Shown piece after piece: positions 31,407 to 32,000 of a stretch of 32,000 nucleotides of DNA. Position numbers and translations under genes: made by a program. Source of the DNA: Candidatus Brocadia sp. (GTDB lineage: Bacteria > Planctomycetota > Brocadiia > Brocadiales > Brocadiaceae); contig CP091279.1 in NCBI GenBank assembly GCA_021650915.1, positions 2,700,001 through 2,732,000 of the forward strand. Direction: 5' to 3'. Below the pieces are notes generated by a model that saw only the letters and a list, made by a program, of their open reading frames with translations, did no database searches and was not told where the DNA came from. How positions within the stretch are numbered: position 1 is the first letter of the stretch; each line of letters begins with the position of its first letter.

Positions 31407-31472
31407 ATGTTTGAAATTTTTTAGCATCAGGCGTAGGGAGAATATCCTGAGAAATGAGGAGGAGGCGCTCCT

Positions 31473-31670
31473 ATGAAGAAATCTGTTGTCTGGTTTGAAG
31501 AGAGTTGTATTAAGTGTGCAATGTGTGCTGAAGAAGCTCCTGAAGTTATTGAGTTTGAAGAAACGGGCGGGCCGAGGTTAAAGGAGGGGGTTGATATTAC
31601 CCAGCATAGTGAAAAGATCAAGCGGGCTGCTCAGTATTGCCCGAAAGATTGTATAAAACATCATTTATAA
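31473..31670 (+). CDS. Small single-cluster ferredoxin ([3Fe-4S]/[4Fe-4S], CxxCxxC...CP type)
   Basis: 65-aa ORF with RBS GAGGAGGAGG upstream. CIKCAMCAEEAPEVIEFEE...AAQYCPKDCI matches the monocluster ferredoxin pattern C-x2-C-x2-C ... C-P. Confidence 0.8.
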   Translation: MKKSVVWFEESCIKCAMCAEEAPEVIEFEETGGPRLKEGVDITQHSEKIKRAAQYCPKDCIKHHL

Positions 31671-31720
31671 TTGCCATTTGAATAAATTTTTCTTTGTCAA
31701 ATCGTTCTATAAAAACTTTT

Positions 31721-31871
31721 GTAACACTTTAGTTTTTTGAAAAGGTAGGGGCGAAGCATTTGCCTGCTTGGGGTGTGCAGGCATTTATGCCAATTGATGG
31801 CAAATGCTTCGCCCCTACACCGTGCGGAAACATCGTTGTTGTTGCCATTTTTCAAAAAATTAAATTGTTAC
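31721..31871. mobile_element. MITE-like element, 151 bp, GTAA-type TIRs, GTAG-hairpin cargo, 8-bp target-site duplication
   Basis: Left TIR is gtaacactttagttttttgaaaag (31721-31744). The reverse complement of the right end (31847-31871) is gtaacaatttaattttttgaaaaat. The cargo hairpin is GTAGGGGCGAAGCATTTGCC...GGCAAATGCTTCGCCCCTAC (31745-31818). The direct repeat aaactttt immediately flanks both ends (31713-31720 and 31872-31879). The whole element is a reverse-complement homologue of 3877-4026. Confidence 0.8.
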
Positions 31872-32000
31872 AAACTTTTTTATATGAGATAAATATATTC
31901 GGTGTACAGAAAATCTCTGCCCGCTTTTTTCAATGAAAGGTTGTGCTGCGAGACACCAAAAGTTATGATACTATGCGGAACGCCATTGGCATATTGAAGC

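Noticed and set aside
31985-32000. Second sigma-54-like -24 box (cattGGCATattgaagc) at the window edge
   Set aside because: It shares attggcatat with the 30576 site, but there is no TTGC-like -12 element at the correct spacing. The downstream gene is outside the window.

Overview
32-kb bacterial chromosomal window. Genes run on the minus strand from 1 to about 26 kb and on the plus strand from 26.8 kb onward.

Gene content, in order:
1. A partial OprB-type porin and a lipoprotein octahaem c-type cytochrome fused to HEAT/TPR repeats.
2. A secreted-esterase operon: two Cys-type arylsulfatases plus a HAD phosphatase.
3. A degraded AAA/DUF4143 ATPase.
4. A run of envelope and lipid-related genes: a chalcone-isomerase-like protein, DUF3313-like and DUF4410-like lipoproteins, a lipobox-bearing patatin phospholipase, a glycine-zipper protein, and a four-component LinKLMN/Mla-type MCE ABC transporter (STAS-MlaE, MlaF, MlaD, PqiC-like lipoprotein).
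5. A GH63-like glucosidase and a DUF4239 membrane protein.
6. A soluble PAS histidine kinase and an NtrC-type sigma-54 activator, followed by a sigma-54-like promoter, a stand-alone protoglobin and a 65-aa ferredoxin.

By my own calls about 7.6 kb (24%) is non-coding. Almost every long intergenic gap is a mosaic of at least eight short repeat families: GTAG...CTAC hairpins, MITE-like shells with a conserved GTAACACTTTAGTTTTTTGAAAA terminal inverted repeat (two with target-site duplications), CATTGCGAGG/CGAAGCAATC repeats, C-tract/G-tract palindromes, and a 120-bp three-copy element.

Best candidates for something undescribed:
- The two-component / sigma-54 / protoglobin / ferredoxin module.
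- A 388-bp unit in which a GIY-YIG nuclease gene is bracketed by 33-bp inverted repeats of the same family that is scattered as solo copies through the window (a REP/RAYT-like relationship with a different nuclease fold).

No rRNA, tRNA or CRISPR array was recognised. All family assignments come from motif reading and memory, not from database searches. The lineage guess (an anaerobic, repeat-rich genome such as a Brocadiales-like planctomycete) is low confidence.
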